In this document: in pieces, positions 54,667-64,000 of the stretch
How the letters are laid out: each line of letters begins with the position of its first letter
How positions within the stretch are numbered: position 1 is the first letter of the stretch
Assembly: GCA_965116025.1 (NCBI GenBank)
Contig: OZ220480.1
Location: forward strand, 672,001-736,000
Length of the DNA stretch: 64,000 nucleotides
Reading direction: 5' to 3'
Source of the DNA: an uncultured candidatus Porisulfidus sp.
GTDB taxonomy: Bacteria; Pseudomonadota; Gammaproteobacteria; Poriferisulfidales; Poriferisulfidaceae
Notes under the pieces: generated by a model
The model's database searches: none
What the model was told of the DNA's origin: nothing
What the model saw: the letters and a program-made list of their open reading frames with translations, nothing else
Program-made: the position numbers and the translations under genes

Positions 54667-55642
54667 TCAACTGTCATCAGGCAACCAGTCATCATCATCC
54701 ATTTCCTCAGAAATGTAGGGCGAGAAGGTTTTATGCATGGTATTCAAGTGGTTAGCTAACCACTCGTGTTGTCGTGTCCAGTCGTCTCTGTTATAGGGAT
54801 CCGCGTTGTTGAGACAGGTCTCGATTCGGCATTTTCCAGTTTCATTTTGGTGTTTCCATTCCAATTCGCCAAGTTGCTGTTCAATAACATTCTTCTCTTT
54901 TTTCAGGTGGTTGAAATATTTCTCAGAATTGGAATGATCGATGTATAAGGCAATTGAAATTTTGGAATGTTTTGGTCTCAAGGTGGCGTGTAGTCCAAAG
55001 CCTTGCTTCCCAATAGGGTATTCCCTACGGTGGTGAGGAGACGCTTTCCGTCTCCCGTGGATCGGTCCTTCAGTTTTGTCCAAGACCATGTGGAAGTTTC
55101 CCCAATACTCTTTACGAATTTTTTCTGTTTCGGACAATTCCAATTCTATTTTTTTTGCCGGATCTAGACCAATCATTGGGCTTGGAGGTGATATTAAAAT
55201 GTGGCGCGTAACGCGAATCATCTATCTGCATCAGTTCGATTTCTAGCCCAAAGAAACGACGTTCTTCACTCGTGATTTCATTTAGCCAATCAAGTGTCGC
55301 ACGATGTTCTTCTCTGAATGTTTTGGCTATCCAAATGACGGTGGTTGCCTTTCGTACAGCCGAATACGCGAGTAATTTGCCAAGATGGTCGTGGTTGGTT
55401 TGCTCCAGTTGATTTTCGATCACCACCCAAGAATCATCGGTCGTGTCTTTGCAGACAATATCCGCTCGAAAATCGCCCATAGGGTTTTCTCTTCCAACAA
55501 GCTCAAACTCAAGGTTAAGCGTTTCTGCCAGCATGTTGATACTTTTGGGGTTGGCAAGCCACTCACTAAAATGACCCTCGTTTGGCCATATGCTGCGAAG
55601 GTCGATGCCACGCTTTAGAGTGCCAAATTTCAATTCATCCAT
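54667..55642 (-). pseudogene. PD-(D/E)xK-like + DUF4268 protein, split by a frameshift in an A8 tract
   Basis: N-part W.NE..FS.WL..RADI..VVIENQL..HDHLGK..KPNDW (55112-55642); C-part LSETEK...YW...W..QHEWL (54667 to about 55150); removing one A at 55149-55156 joins them. Confidence 0.8.
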
Positions 55643-55647
55643 AAATC

Positions 55648-57512
55648 CCTCGATCTCCGAGCTAATCGATTCTGACGATTTTGGGCGGTCCGGGATTTCG
55701 CGCGGGCTCGGCGGCGAGGATTCGGCGCGATTTCGGGTCGGACGCGAGCGCTCTCGGGGCGTTTTCTGACGAAAAACTCGCCCCCGCGCAGGGCTCCGCT
55801 AGCCGCGCGAGGCGGCGAGGTCAGATCGGGGTGGAAGAGCGCCGACCCGCAGGGTCAGGACGTGTCGCCCGGCGGACAGGCGCAGTGGATCCGCAGCAAC
55901 GCCCGCCTGATGAACTCCGCGTCCTTGGTCGAGAACCGCAACTCCACGTTGCGCGCGTGGCGAACGATCCGCGCCGCCAGCCGCAGGCAGCGCCGCCGCA
56001 CTCGCTTCATCCGCGCCCGCAGCCAGTTCCGCCCCAGCGCGCAGTACCGCACCGCCGAGCACAGGTTGGCCGCCAGCGCCGCCAGATGCCACCACGCCGC
56101 GTTCACGCCGAACTTCCCCGACGGCATCCGCCCGCCCGCCATGTCGCGCTTGAGCACGGAGTGGATCCGCTCTCCGCGCCCGCACCGCTCATGCGCGAAG
56201 CGGACCACGGTCGCCGCGTCCATCACGCATTTCCCCGCCCCCTCCCGCGGGGCGTTCGGATGCGGCATGTTGGTGACGTAGACGCGGAAGCGATAGGCCG
56301 GGCGCCCGCGCCCCGCCGGCAGCTCGTCGCGCCCCACGCCCAGCTCGCCCTCCAGCGCGGTTCGGGTCACGACGTAGCGAAGCAGCGGCGACCGATCCTG
56401 CCACTTCCACCGCGGCAGGAACTCCAGCTCCGCGCATTCCATTCCCGGCTTCCCCGGGACCGGCTTCCAGTCGGTCGCCCGCTCCACGCTCGCGCGCAGG
56501 CGCGCGTCCCGCGGGGCTGAGATCACGAACGGGATCGGCCCGAAGCGGCGGAACCGCTTCGGCCTTGATTTCGGATCGTTCAGGAAGCGCGTCAGCTTGC
56601 GCTGATAGCCCGCGCCGTCGGAGCGGTAGTTCACCTGAGTGATCTGCGGCGGCAGCTTCGCCAGCGTCTTCTTCAGCAGCTCCAGGTTCCGCTTCGACGC
56701 CGGGACGCTACCCGGGCGGAACTCCGTCTCCAGCACCATCTCCAGCTCCTGGCAGTAGACCACCAGCGGCTGGTAGCCCCGCTCCCCCGGAACCGCCCCG
56801 GTCGCGGCGCGGTAGGTCGGGCGCGCCTCGCGCTTGCCCGACCGGACGATGGTCGCGTCCATGTCCAGCGTCAGCTCCTTCAGGCCGCGCGCCCGGATCA
56901 GGAACTTCGCCAGCCGCCACCGCGCCTCGTGGATCAGCCCCAACGCTTGGGACGGGCGCGGGTCCGCGCTCTCCGGGTCGGCGTCCATGTCGTGGAAGCG
57001 CCGCAGCCAGTCATGCAGCGAGCTCGCCGACGGGAAGACGCGCCCGCGCCCGCCTCGAAAGCGCGCCGCCAGCTCTTCCTCCTCGACCCCCAGCAGGCCC
57101 GGCTCATGCAGGCGAACCAGCTCGCGCAGACCCTCGTTCTCCTCCAGCTCGTCCACGTCCGAGACGCATTCGTGATCCAGCCCGTTGAGCAGCAGCAGGG
57201 TCAGCAGCATCTGCCCGCTGGTCCAGCCTTGCGACGGCTCCGGCAGGGACCGCGGAAGGTCGCGCAGGATCTGGGCCTTGCCCAGCAGCTCCAGCAGCAT
57301 GATGGCGCCGCCGTCAGGGCTGACGCGGCTCATCTTGTCGTCGCCGGTGACGACGACCGGAGAGGTGAAATTCGACATATAATGAGGCTCCCGGTTGGTT
57401 GTCGTTTGGTTCACCCAATGGGTGAACGGTTTTCTATCTCCATTCTACCGGATTCCCTCGGTGGAATCGGCATCAGCCGGGACCTCCACTCCTTATAGCT
57501 CGGATATCGAGG
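55648..57512 (-). mobile_element. Intact IS1380-family insertion sequence (1865 bp)
   Basis: 17-bp TIRs cctcgatctccgagcta / tagctcggatatcgagg (1 mismatch); 5-bp target duplication AAATC at 55643-55647 and 57513-57517. Confidence 0.92.
55855..57414 (-). CDS. IS1380-family DDE transposase
   Basis: LTLDMDAT, GYQPL, YRSDGAG, RGERIHSVLK, SGKFGVNAAW; start may be 57378. Confidence 0.88.
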   Translation of the reverse strand: MNQTTTNREPHYMSNFTSPVVVTGDDKMSRVSPDGGAIMLLELLGKAQILRDLPRSLPEPSQGWTSGQMLLTLLLLNGLDHECVSDVDELEENEGLRELVRLHEPGLLGVEEEELAARFRGGRGRVFPSASSLHDWLRRFHDMDADPESADPRPSQALGLIHEARWRLAKFLIRARGLKELTLDMDATIVRSGKREARPTYRAATGAVPGERGYQPLVVYCQELEMVLETEFRPGSVPASKRNLELLKKTLAKLPPQITQVNYRSDGAGYQRKLTRFLNDPKSRPKRFRRFGPIPFVISAPRDARLRASVERATDWKPVPGKPGMECAELEFLPRWKWQDRSPLLRYVVTRTALEGELGVGRDELPAGRGRPAYRFRVYVTNMPHPNAPREGAGKCVMDAATVVRFAHERCGRGERIHSVLKRDMAGGRMPSGKFGVNAAWWHLAALAANLCSAVRYCALGRNWLRARMKRVRRRCLRLAARIVRHARNVELRFSTKDAEFIRRALLRIHCACPPGDTS

Positions 57513-57786
57513 AAATCCTCCGAGATTAGAATCCCCTATTTTCTAGCACTTCGGCCAATCTACCACAATTCGATTTTTCTCAATACTTTCAATCCGTGTC
57601 AGCAGTGGCACTGCTGGATAGCAAACGTGGATCAAGCCAACCCAAAATAGCAAAAGGCGGATCTGCCACACGCACCCGTACAATGAGCTTCGGCGATTAC
57701 CTCCACACCTATTGCTTCATTATTGGGCATCGCGTCCCGTGATTTGGAGCGGACTGGGTAAAATGCCTGCGAGCCAAACCTATCCC

Positions 57787-58017
57787 ATGAGCGTCACTGT
57801 CCGATTTTTCGCCAGCCTTCGCGACCGAGTCGGTCGCGACCGGATAGAAGTTGACCCAGCCGGTCTGGATTGCGTTCGGGATGTCTGGCGGGCCGTGGCC
57901 GAGCGAGAGCCGGACGCGCGGGTGCTCGCGGCGGTCAACGCCCGGCACGCGGCGCTGGACGCGAAGATCCAGGATGGCGACGAGGTCGCGTTTTTCCCTC
58001 CCGTCACCGGCGGCTGA
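57787..58017 (+). CDS. moaD: MoaD/ThiS family sulfur carrier protein
   Basis: VRFFASLRD, AAVN, GDEVAFFPPVTGG with C-terminal GG. Confidence 0.88.
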   Translation: MSVTVRFFASLRDRVGRDRIEVDPAGLDCVRDVWRAVAEREPDARVLAAVNARHAALDAKIQDGDEVAFFPPVTGG

Positions 58018-58054
58018 TTCGCTGAACCCCAACGATAGATAAGGAGCCTTTCCC

Positions 58055-60067
58055 TTGAACGTTTCTCTTGACCACGCGCCACTGGCGCTCGGAATCGCCG
58101 GTCTGCTGGCGGCTTTCGTTCTGTATCGAATCATTTTGCGCTATCCCGCGGGGCATGGGCGGGTCGCCGAGATCGCCCGGGAAATCCAACGGGGCGCCAT
58201 GGCCTTCATCCGCCGCGAGTACTTGGTGATGTATCTGTTCATCGCGGTCGTCGCCATCGCCATCGCGTGGTCCGATCTGGGGGTTCACGTCATGGCCGCC
58301 TTCCTGACCGGAGCGGCCTGCTCATCGCTCGCCGGACTCATCGGCATGCACACGGCGACTCGCGCCAACGCGCGCACGGCCGTGGCCGCGAGCGCGGCTG
58401 GCGCGCCGACCGCGCTGTCCCTGGCGTTCTACGGCGGATCGATCATGGGGCTGACCATCGCCGCGGTGGGTTTGCTGGGGCTGGGCTCGCTGTATCTGAT
58501 CTACGGGCAGGACCCGGCGACCGCCCATATCATTCACGGCTTCGGCATGGGAGCCTCGTCGGTGGCGCTGTTCTCGCGCGTTGGCGGGGGCATCTACACC
58601 AAGTGCGCGGACGTGGGCGCGGACCTGGTCGGCAAGGTCGAGGCGGGGATACCAGAGGACGATCCCCGAAATCCCGGGGTGATCGCGGACAACGTTGGCG
58701 ACAACGTCGGCGATATCGCGGGCATGGGCTCCGATATTTTCGAGTCGTATTGCGGGTCGATCATAGCGACGATCGCGTTGGCCTCGACGTTGCCCTTGGC
58801 GGCGGTGGCGGACTTGGGCCCGCGGCAAACGCTGATGTTCTTGCCGCTCGCGCTGGCGTCGGCGGGCATCGCGTGCTCCATGATCGGGATCCTGCTGGTG
58901 CGTAGCCGGGTGCGTAGCCGACCGGATGCCGCCCTGCGCCTGGGCACTTTCGGCTCGGCCGTGCTGTTCATCGCGCTCGCGCACTTCATCATCGGCTGGT
59001 TCGGGCTGGCTTCCGGGATCTGGACCGCGGTGCTGGCCGGCGCGGTCGGTGGCATCGTGATCGGCTTGGTGACGGAGCATTTCACGGCGGGCGCGCCGGT
59101 GCGCCGGATCGCCAGCGCGTCGGAGACCGGCCCCGCGACGGTCATGATCCGGGGACTCGCGACGGGCATGCAGTCGGTCGCCATCCCGGTGCTCTCGATC
59201 GCCGCCATCATTTATTTCGCGCAAATGACGGCGGGACTCTACGGAGTGGGAATCGCGGCGGTGGGCATGCTGGCGACGGTCGGCATGACCATGGCGATCG
59301 ATGCCTACGGACCCGTCGCGGACAACGCGGGCGGCATCGCGGAAATGGCGGAGCTGGGAGAGGAGACCCGCAAGATCACCGACACGCTCGACGAGGTCGG
59401 CAACACGACGGCGGCTATTGGCAAAGGGTTCGCTATCGGCGCGGCGGCGCTCGCGGCGCTCGCCATCATCACGGCGTTCTTGGCGGAGGTCGCTCACGGT
59501 CAGGGCGGGACCATCGAGTTGCGGCTGAACGATCCGCTGGTGCTGGTCGGGTTGTTCATCGGGGGGACGTTCCCGTTCATCGTCGCGGCGCTCACCATGA
59601 CCGCGGTCGGCGATGCCGCGTTCGAGATGATCCAGGAAATCCGGCGGCAGTTCAAGGAAATCCCGGGGCTGCTGGAAGGCACTGGAAAGCCGGACACGAT
59701 TCGTTGCGTGGATATCGCGACCAAGGCCGCGCTGGTGCGGATGATCCCGCCCGGCGCGCTGGCCGTCATCGCGCCGGTCGTGGTCGGCTTCGGGCTCGGG
59801 CCGCAGGCGCTGGGCGGGATGCTCGGCGGCGCGTTGCTCGGTTGCGTGTTGCTGGCGTTGATGATGGCGAACGCGGGCGGCGCCTGGGACAACGCCAAGA
59901 AGCGCGTCGAGAAAGGCCATCATGGCGGGAAGGGATCCGACGCGCATCATGCCTGCGTGGTCGGCGACACGGTCGGCGACCCGTTCAAGGACACGTCCGG
60001 GCCGTCCATGAATATCCTGATCAACGTCATGGCCATCGTGAGCCTGGTGATCGCCCCGTTGTTGTGA
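58055..60067 (+). CDS. hppA: Membrane-bound pyrophosphatase, K+-dependent, probably Na+-translocating
   Basis: [34 protein letters not shown] (Ala = K+-dependent), DIFESY Glu position, [11 protein letters not shown]. Confidence 0.93.
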   Translation: MNVSLDHAPLALGIAGLLAAFVLYRIILRYPAGHGRVAEIAREIQRGAMAFIRREYLVMYLFIAVVAIAIAWSDLGVHVMAAFLTGAACSSLAGLIGMHTATRANARTAVAASAAGAPTALSLAFYGGSIMGLTIAAVGLLGLGSLYLIYGQDPATAHIIHGFGMGASSVALFSRVGGGIYTKCADVGADLVGKVEAGIPEDDPRNPGVIADNVGDNVGDIAGMGSDIFESYCGSIIATIALASTLPLAAVADLGPRQTLMFLPLALASAGIACSMIGILLVRSRVRSRPDAALRLGTFGSAVLFIALAHFIIGWFGLASGIWTAVLAGAVGGIVIGLVTEHFTAGAPVRRIASASETGPATVMIRGLATGMQSVAIPVLSIAAIIYFAQMTAGLYGVGIAAVGMLATVGMTMAIDAYGPVADNAGGIAEMAELGEETRKITDTLDEVGNTTAAIGKGFAIGAAALAALAIITAFLAEVAHGQGGTIELRLNDPLVLVGLFIGGTFPFIVAALTMTAVGDAAFEMIQEIRRQFKEIPGLLEGTGKPDTIRCVDIATKAALVRMIPPGALAVIAPVVVGFGLGPQALGGMLGGALLGCVLLALMMANAGGAWDNAKKRVEKGHHGGKGSDAHHACVVGDTVGDPFKDTSGPSMNILINVMAIVSLVIAPLL

Positions 60068-60115
60068 GGCGATCCTGATCGCGGTCCCACCCTTTAGAAT
60101 AGCGAGCGCTTTCCC

Positions 60116-60952
60116 ATGAATTCCGAACGTCTCGACCAACTGTTGCCGGAAGCGAGACGAATCGCCATGGAGGCCGGAGCGCGCGTCATGGAGATTTATC
60201 GCGCTGGCTTCAAGGTTTTCGAAAAAGCCAATGGCTCTCCGGTCACCACGGCCGATCTGGCGGCGCATCAGCACATCGTCGAGCGACTGGAAGCGCTGGA
60301 CGAGAGCCTGCCGGTATTGTCGGAGGAAAGCCCCGACCTTCCCTCTTGGGAAACCCGCCGGAACTGGGATTCCTACTGGTTGGTCGATCCTTTGGATGGC
60401 ACTCGCGAGTTGATCAGGAAGAGCGAGGAGTTCACGGTCAATATCGGCCTGATTCACCAGCGGCGGCCCGTGCTGGGCGTCGTTGGCGTTCCGGCCTCCG
60501 GCGCGCTTTACCACGCGCGTCGTGGAGGAGGCGCCTGGCGGGCGCGAGAAGAGGAGAAGCCCGTCGCCATCCACAGCCGACCCTTTCCAACCGACGGATC
60601 CTCCGTCGTCGCGATCAGCTTCAGCCATGGGCGGCCCGAAGTGCAGCATCTCCTCTCGCTACTGGGACCGCATCAGGAAAAACGGGTCGGAAGCTCGCTC
60701 AAAAGTTGCCACGTCGCCGAAGGAAGCCTGGATCTATACCCGCGCTATGGCTCGACCAGCGAATGGGACACGGCAGCCGCCCAATGCGTCGTGGAGGAGG
60801 CGGGCGGAAAAGTTGTTGACTGGCGTCTGCGCCCTCTTCGCTACAACTTGAGACCGGACATGATCAACCCTCATTTTCTGGTGATCGGCGACCCCGACCA
60901 TGATTGGGCTTCCCTGATGGACCAGTTGCCGAGAAGCGACGTAGAGGCTTGA
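60116..60952 (+). CDS. cysQ: 3'(2'),5'-bisphosphate nucleotidase CysQ
   Basis: [41 protein letters not shown]. Confidence 0.93.
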   Translation: MNSERLDQLLPEARRIAMEAGARVMEIYRAGFKVFEKANGSPVTTADLAAHQHIVERLEALDESLPVLSEESPDLPSWETRRNWDSYWLVDPLDGTRELIRKSEEFTVNIGLIHQRRPVLGVVGVPASGALYHARRGGGAWRAREEEKPVAIHSRPFPTDGSSVVAISFSHGRPEVQHLLSLLGPHQEKRVGSSLKSCHVAEGSLDLYPRYGSTSEWDTAAAQCVVEEAGGKVVDWRLRPLRYNLRPDMINPHFLVIGDPDHDWASLMDQLPRSDVEA

Positions 60953-61104
60953 TCCCTCGATTCGCGTCACCGGCGACCTGGTCAGTTTCATGGTTTAGCT
61001 GCCATCCTGCGACCATCCTCGCGCTGGCTGGGCTACAATGCCGCCCGATCACGAGCGGAATAGGGAAACGACGTGGAGAAGATAAAACGAAGGAGGGATT
61101 CCTG

Positions 61105-62856
61105 ATGGAAGCGAACAAAGACGAAAAAGGCCACTTGCGTTTGGTCGTTTGCGGGTCACCCGACGCGGGCGAGTCGACCCTGATCGAACGCTTGTCCCGC
61201 GACGCTAATGGTGCTGGCGGAACCCAAGGAGACGAGTCCGAGGGGGGGGTCGTTCGTCACCATTTCGAGACCGACAAGCGCGCGTTCACCGCGTTCGCCG
61301 CGCCGGAACGGAAGCGGTCCGCGCTCGCCACAGCTCTGGGAGCCTCGAAATCCGACATCGCGCTAATTCTGGTCGATGCGCGAAAAGGAGTCCAGACCGA
61401 GACTCGTCAATATAGCCATATCGTTTCGCTCATGGGCGTTCGCCGAGCGGTCCTCGCGGTCAACAAGATGGATCTGGTCGATCACGACGAGGGCGCGTTC
61501 ACGGATATCGCGCGGGAATACCGGTCCGCCGCGGAGGAGAAGGGATTCGAGGAGGTCATCGCGGTGCCGATCTCCGCGTTGGCGGACGAGAACGTCCATG
61601 CCTCCAGCGACAGCATGCCGTGGTACGACGGCCCGACCTTGCTGGAACTCCTGGAGACGGTCGAGGTCGGGCAGGACCCGATGGCCGACGCGTTTCGCAT
61701 GCCGATTCAACAAGCCGGTCCGCGTTCCACCTCCCGGAGTTTTAGCGGCGTGGTGGCTTCTGGACTCGTCGAGCGGGGCATGGCCGTCGTCGCCGGCCTG
61801 TCGGGCAAGCGGTCGACGGTCGAGCGCGTCGTTGGGGATTCTGGCGATCTCGACGGAGCGACGCCTGGCCAGTCGATCACGCTCACGCTCGCCGATGATA
61901 TCGACATCGGCCGCGGCGACATGATCGCGGACGCGGACCGTCCGCCGGGAGTTTCCGACCAGTTCGCGGCGCACCTGATCTGGCTGGACTCGCGGCCCAT
62001 GCTACCCCAGCGATCCTACGCCATCCGCCTCTCCGGCGCCTCGGGAATCGCCCGGATCACCGATCTGGTCCATCAAGTCGACGCTCACTCACGGGAACGG
62101 CTAGCGACCAGCACGCTCGGCCTGAATGAGGTCGGTTACTGCAAACTCTCGCTGGACCACGCCGTGCCGTTCGATCCCTATCCGGAAAATCGCCAGACGG
62201 GCGCCTTCACGCTGATCGACAGATCCACCAATGACGCCGTCGGCATGGGCGTGATCGATTTCGCGCTACGCCGCGCCAGCAACATCGCGTGGCACGCGAT
62301 GAAGATCGACAAGGCGGCGCGTTCGCGCGCCACCGGCCAGTTGCCCCGCGTTCTCTGGATGACCGGGCTGTCGGGGGCGGGCAAGTCGACCATCGCCGAC
62401 AGCCTGGAACAGAAGTTGCAGGCGATGGGAAGGTACACCTATCTCTTGGACGGCGACAACGTCCGGCATGGGCTGAACAAGGATCTAGGTTTTACCGAGA
62501 AGGATCGGGTGGAGAACATCCGCCGGATCGCGGAGGTTGGCAAGCTTATGGTGGACGCTGGGCTGATCGTGATCGTTTCCTTCATCTCGCCATTTCGTGC
62601 CGAGCGCGAGATGGCCCGCGCTTTGGTGCAGGAGGGCGAGTTCGTCGAGATCCATGTGGACACGCCGCTGGAAGTTTGCGAAGAGCGCGACCCGAAGAAG
62701 TTGTACGCCAAGGCCCGAAAGGGCGAGTTGGCGAATTTCACGGGCATCGACTCGCCCTACGAGCCGCCGCGAAACCCGGAATTGCGCATCGACACGACGA
62801 AACTGTCGCCCAACGATGCGGCGGACGAGGTGGTTCGGTTTCTGCAGGGCGCATGA
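61105..62856 (+). CDS. cysC: Adenylyl-sulfate kinase CysC fused to a degenerate CysN domain
   Basis: C-terminal [31 protein letters not shown] intact; N-terminal CysN fold with altered G motifs. Confidence 0.9.
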   Translation: MEANKDEKGHLRLVVCGSPDAGESTLIERLSRDANGAGGTQGDESEGGVVRHHFETDKRAFTAFAAPERKRSALATALGASKSDIALILVDARKGVQTETRQYSHIVSLMGVRRAVLAVNKMDLVDHDEGAFTDIAREYRSAAEEKGFEEVIAVPISALADENVHASSDSMPWYDGPTLLELLETVEVGQDPMADAFRMPIQQAGPRSTSRSFSGVVASGLVERGMAVVAGLSGKRSTVERVVGDSGDLDGATPGQSITLTLADDIDIGRGDMIADADRPPGVSDQFAAHLIWLDSRPMLPQRSYAIRLSGASGIARITDLVHQVDAHSRERLATSTLGLNEVGYCKLSLDHAVPFDPYPENRQTGAFTLIDRSTNDAVGMGVIDFALRRASNIAWHAMKIDKAARSRATGQLPRVLWMTGLSGAGKSTIADSLEQKLQAMGRYTYLLDGDNVRHGLNKDLGFTEKDRVENIRRIAEVGKLMVDAGLIVIVSFISPFRAEREMARALVQEGEFVEIHVDTPLEVCEERDPKKLYAKARKGELANFTGIDSPYEPPRNPELRIDTTKLSPNDAADEVVRFLQGA

Positions 62857-62940
62857 GCGAACGGCGGGCGGCTTTTTCCCGCTTCCTTGGTAACGGTTGT
62901 CTTTGCCTGACTGGTGGCGCCGTGGTAAAGGCGCTTCGAG

Positions 62941-63999
62941 TTATCGCCCCGGGGCGGCCGCCTCAATCGTCTTTTCGCCAGGCTTCGGCCGCCTTCGCGC
63001 CAACTTAAGCTGAAACTTCTTCGTCAGCGAGGGCACTCCGTCGAAGATGAACTTCATCTCGTAGTCGGGTGGGTCCATTTCCACGTCGAAATAATGCAGA
63101 ATCGTCGCGAGCGAGAATGTCAGGTGCGCGTTGGCGATGACGCTGCCCAAGCAACGGTGGGTGCCGAATCCAAAAGGCATGTAGACGCCGGGCGCCTCGT
63201 GCTCGGCGCGTTCTGGAAGGTATCGGTCGATGTCGAAGCGGTCCGGGTCCGGGTAGAACTCCGGTAGGTAGTGCGGCACGGTGGTCGGCAGAAAGAGGCG
63301 GGTTCCGGCGGGAATGCTGTAGCCCCCGAATTCGAATCTGTTCACCGCGGACCGGAACACCGAGCCGAAAGGGTCGTACATCCGCAAGGTCTCGAGCACG
63401 GTTCGATTGGTTACGTCCAGCGCCGCTATCTTCTCGGCATCCGGCTCTCCGCTCGCGTAGAGCTCGTCCGCCTCGGCGCGGACCCGTCGCATCACGTCTG
63501 GGTGCTTGAGCAGCAGGCACATGGCGGACGTTCCGGTGCTGGCGGTGGTATGCAGACCGGAGAAGATCGGTCCCAGGCAGGACACCCTGAGCTCGCGTTC
63601 GGGAAGGAACTGGGGATTGGACCGGTGTAAGGCGAGCATCGCGTCGACCACGTCCTCTTGGCCCTCCTCGCTTTCTTTTTCCAGTCGCTCGCGCAGCATG
63701 TCGGCGAAGACGTTGAAAAAGCCGGTCTTCGCCCGCATCGTCGCGGGGGTGCGCATCATGAACTTCGGCAGCACCCTGAGCACCGTCGCCGCGATCATTC
63801 GGCGCATGAAGAAGTCCATGTCGTCGACTTCTTTGGTGGAAAGCCTGTAGCCGGTGCATGCCAGTCCGATCGACTTGGCCGTTAACTGGCTGAAGGCCCG
63901 GATGGTGACCGTCTTTCCGCTCTCCGGGAATTGCGCGAGGATGATATCCCGGATTTCCGGCAATCGGCCCAAGAATCGCTCGCCCGAAAATCCTGAGGA
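62941..63999 (-). CDS. Cytochrome P450, 5'-partial
   Basis: ETLR (ExxR), PDRFDIDR, heme-ligand motif PFGFGTHRCLG. Confidence 0.93.
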   Translation of the reverse strand, partial: SSGFSGERFLGRLPEIRDIILAQFPESGKTVTIRAFSQLTAKSIGLACTGYRLSTKEVDDMDFFMRRMIAATVLRVLPKFMMRTPATMRAKTGFFNVFADMLRERLEKESEEGQEDVVDAMLALHRSNPQFLPERELRVSCLGPIFSGLHTTASTGTSAMCLLLKHPDVMRRVRAEADELYASGEPDAEKIAALDVTNRTVLETLRMYDPFGSVFRSAVNRFEFGGYSIPAGTRLFLPTTVPHYLPEFYPDPDRFDIDRYLPERAEHEAPGVYMPFGFGTHRCLGSVIANAHLTFSLATILHYFDVEMDPPDYEMKFIFDGVPSLTKKFQLKLARRRPKPGEKTIEAAAPGR

Positions 64000-64000
64000 G

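Noticed and set aside
57620-57786. Moco riboswitch upstream of moaD
   Set aside because: I could not recognise the conserved Moco RNA motif elements.
58898-58921. 12-bp tandem duplication (VRSR VRSR) in hppA
   Set aside because: In-frame, two copies only, in a probable loop; likely neutral.

Overview
High-GC (roughly 65-70% in core genes) Gammaproteobacterium-like chromosome segment spanning the replication-origin region, heavily rearranged. Core blocks: rpmH-rnpA-yidD-yidC-mnmE; cytochrome c4-dsbA; polA; a complete 14-gene nuoA-N operon; tRNA-Val(GAC); dnaA-dnaN-recF-gyrB-prlC-xth, with two parS-like sites inside recF; gpmI; and moaD-hppA-cysQ-cysNC followed by a partial P450. Three accessory or defence patches are interleaved. 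(1) 1-6.3 kb: DndA-like cysteine desulfurase, DUF262/HNH (GmrSD/SspE-like) nuclease and SBD-HNH nuclease, then an XRE regulator with an uncharacterised 329-aa protein, among IS relics. (2) 33-36.7 kb: AAA ATPase plus S8 protease (IetAS-like). (3) 50-57.5 kb: MmeI-like type IIL R-M, MunI-like R-M, a frameshifted DUF4268 nuclease and an intact IS1380-family element. Non-obvious signals include sharp in-frame AT-rich islands inside housekeeping genes (strongest in prlC), a sigmaE-type C-loop sRNA candidate downstream of polA, an engB pseudogene, repeated microhomology-type deletions, and a CysN-CysC fusion with a degenerate GTPase domain. All family assignments come from recalled motifs; no database searches were run.
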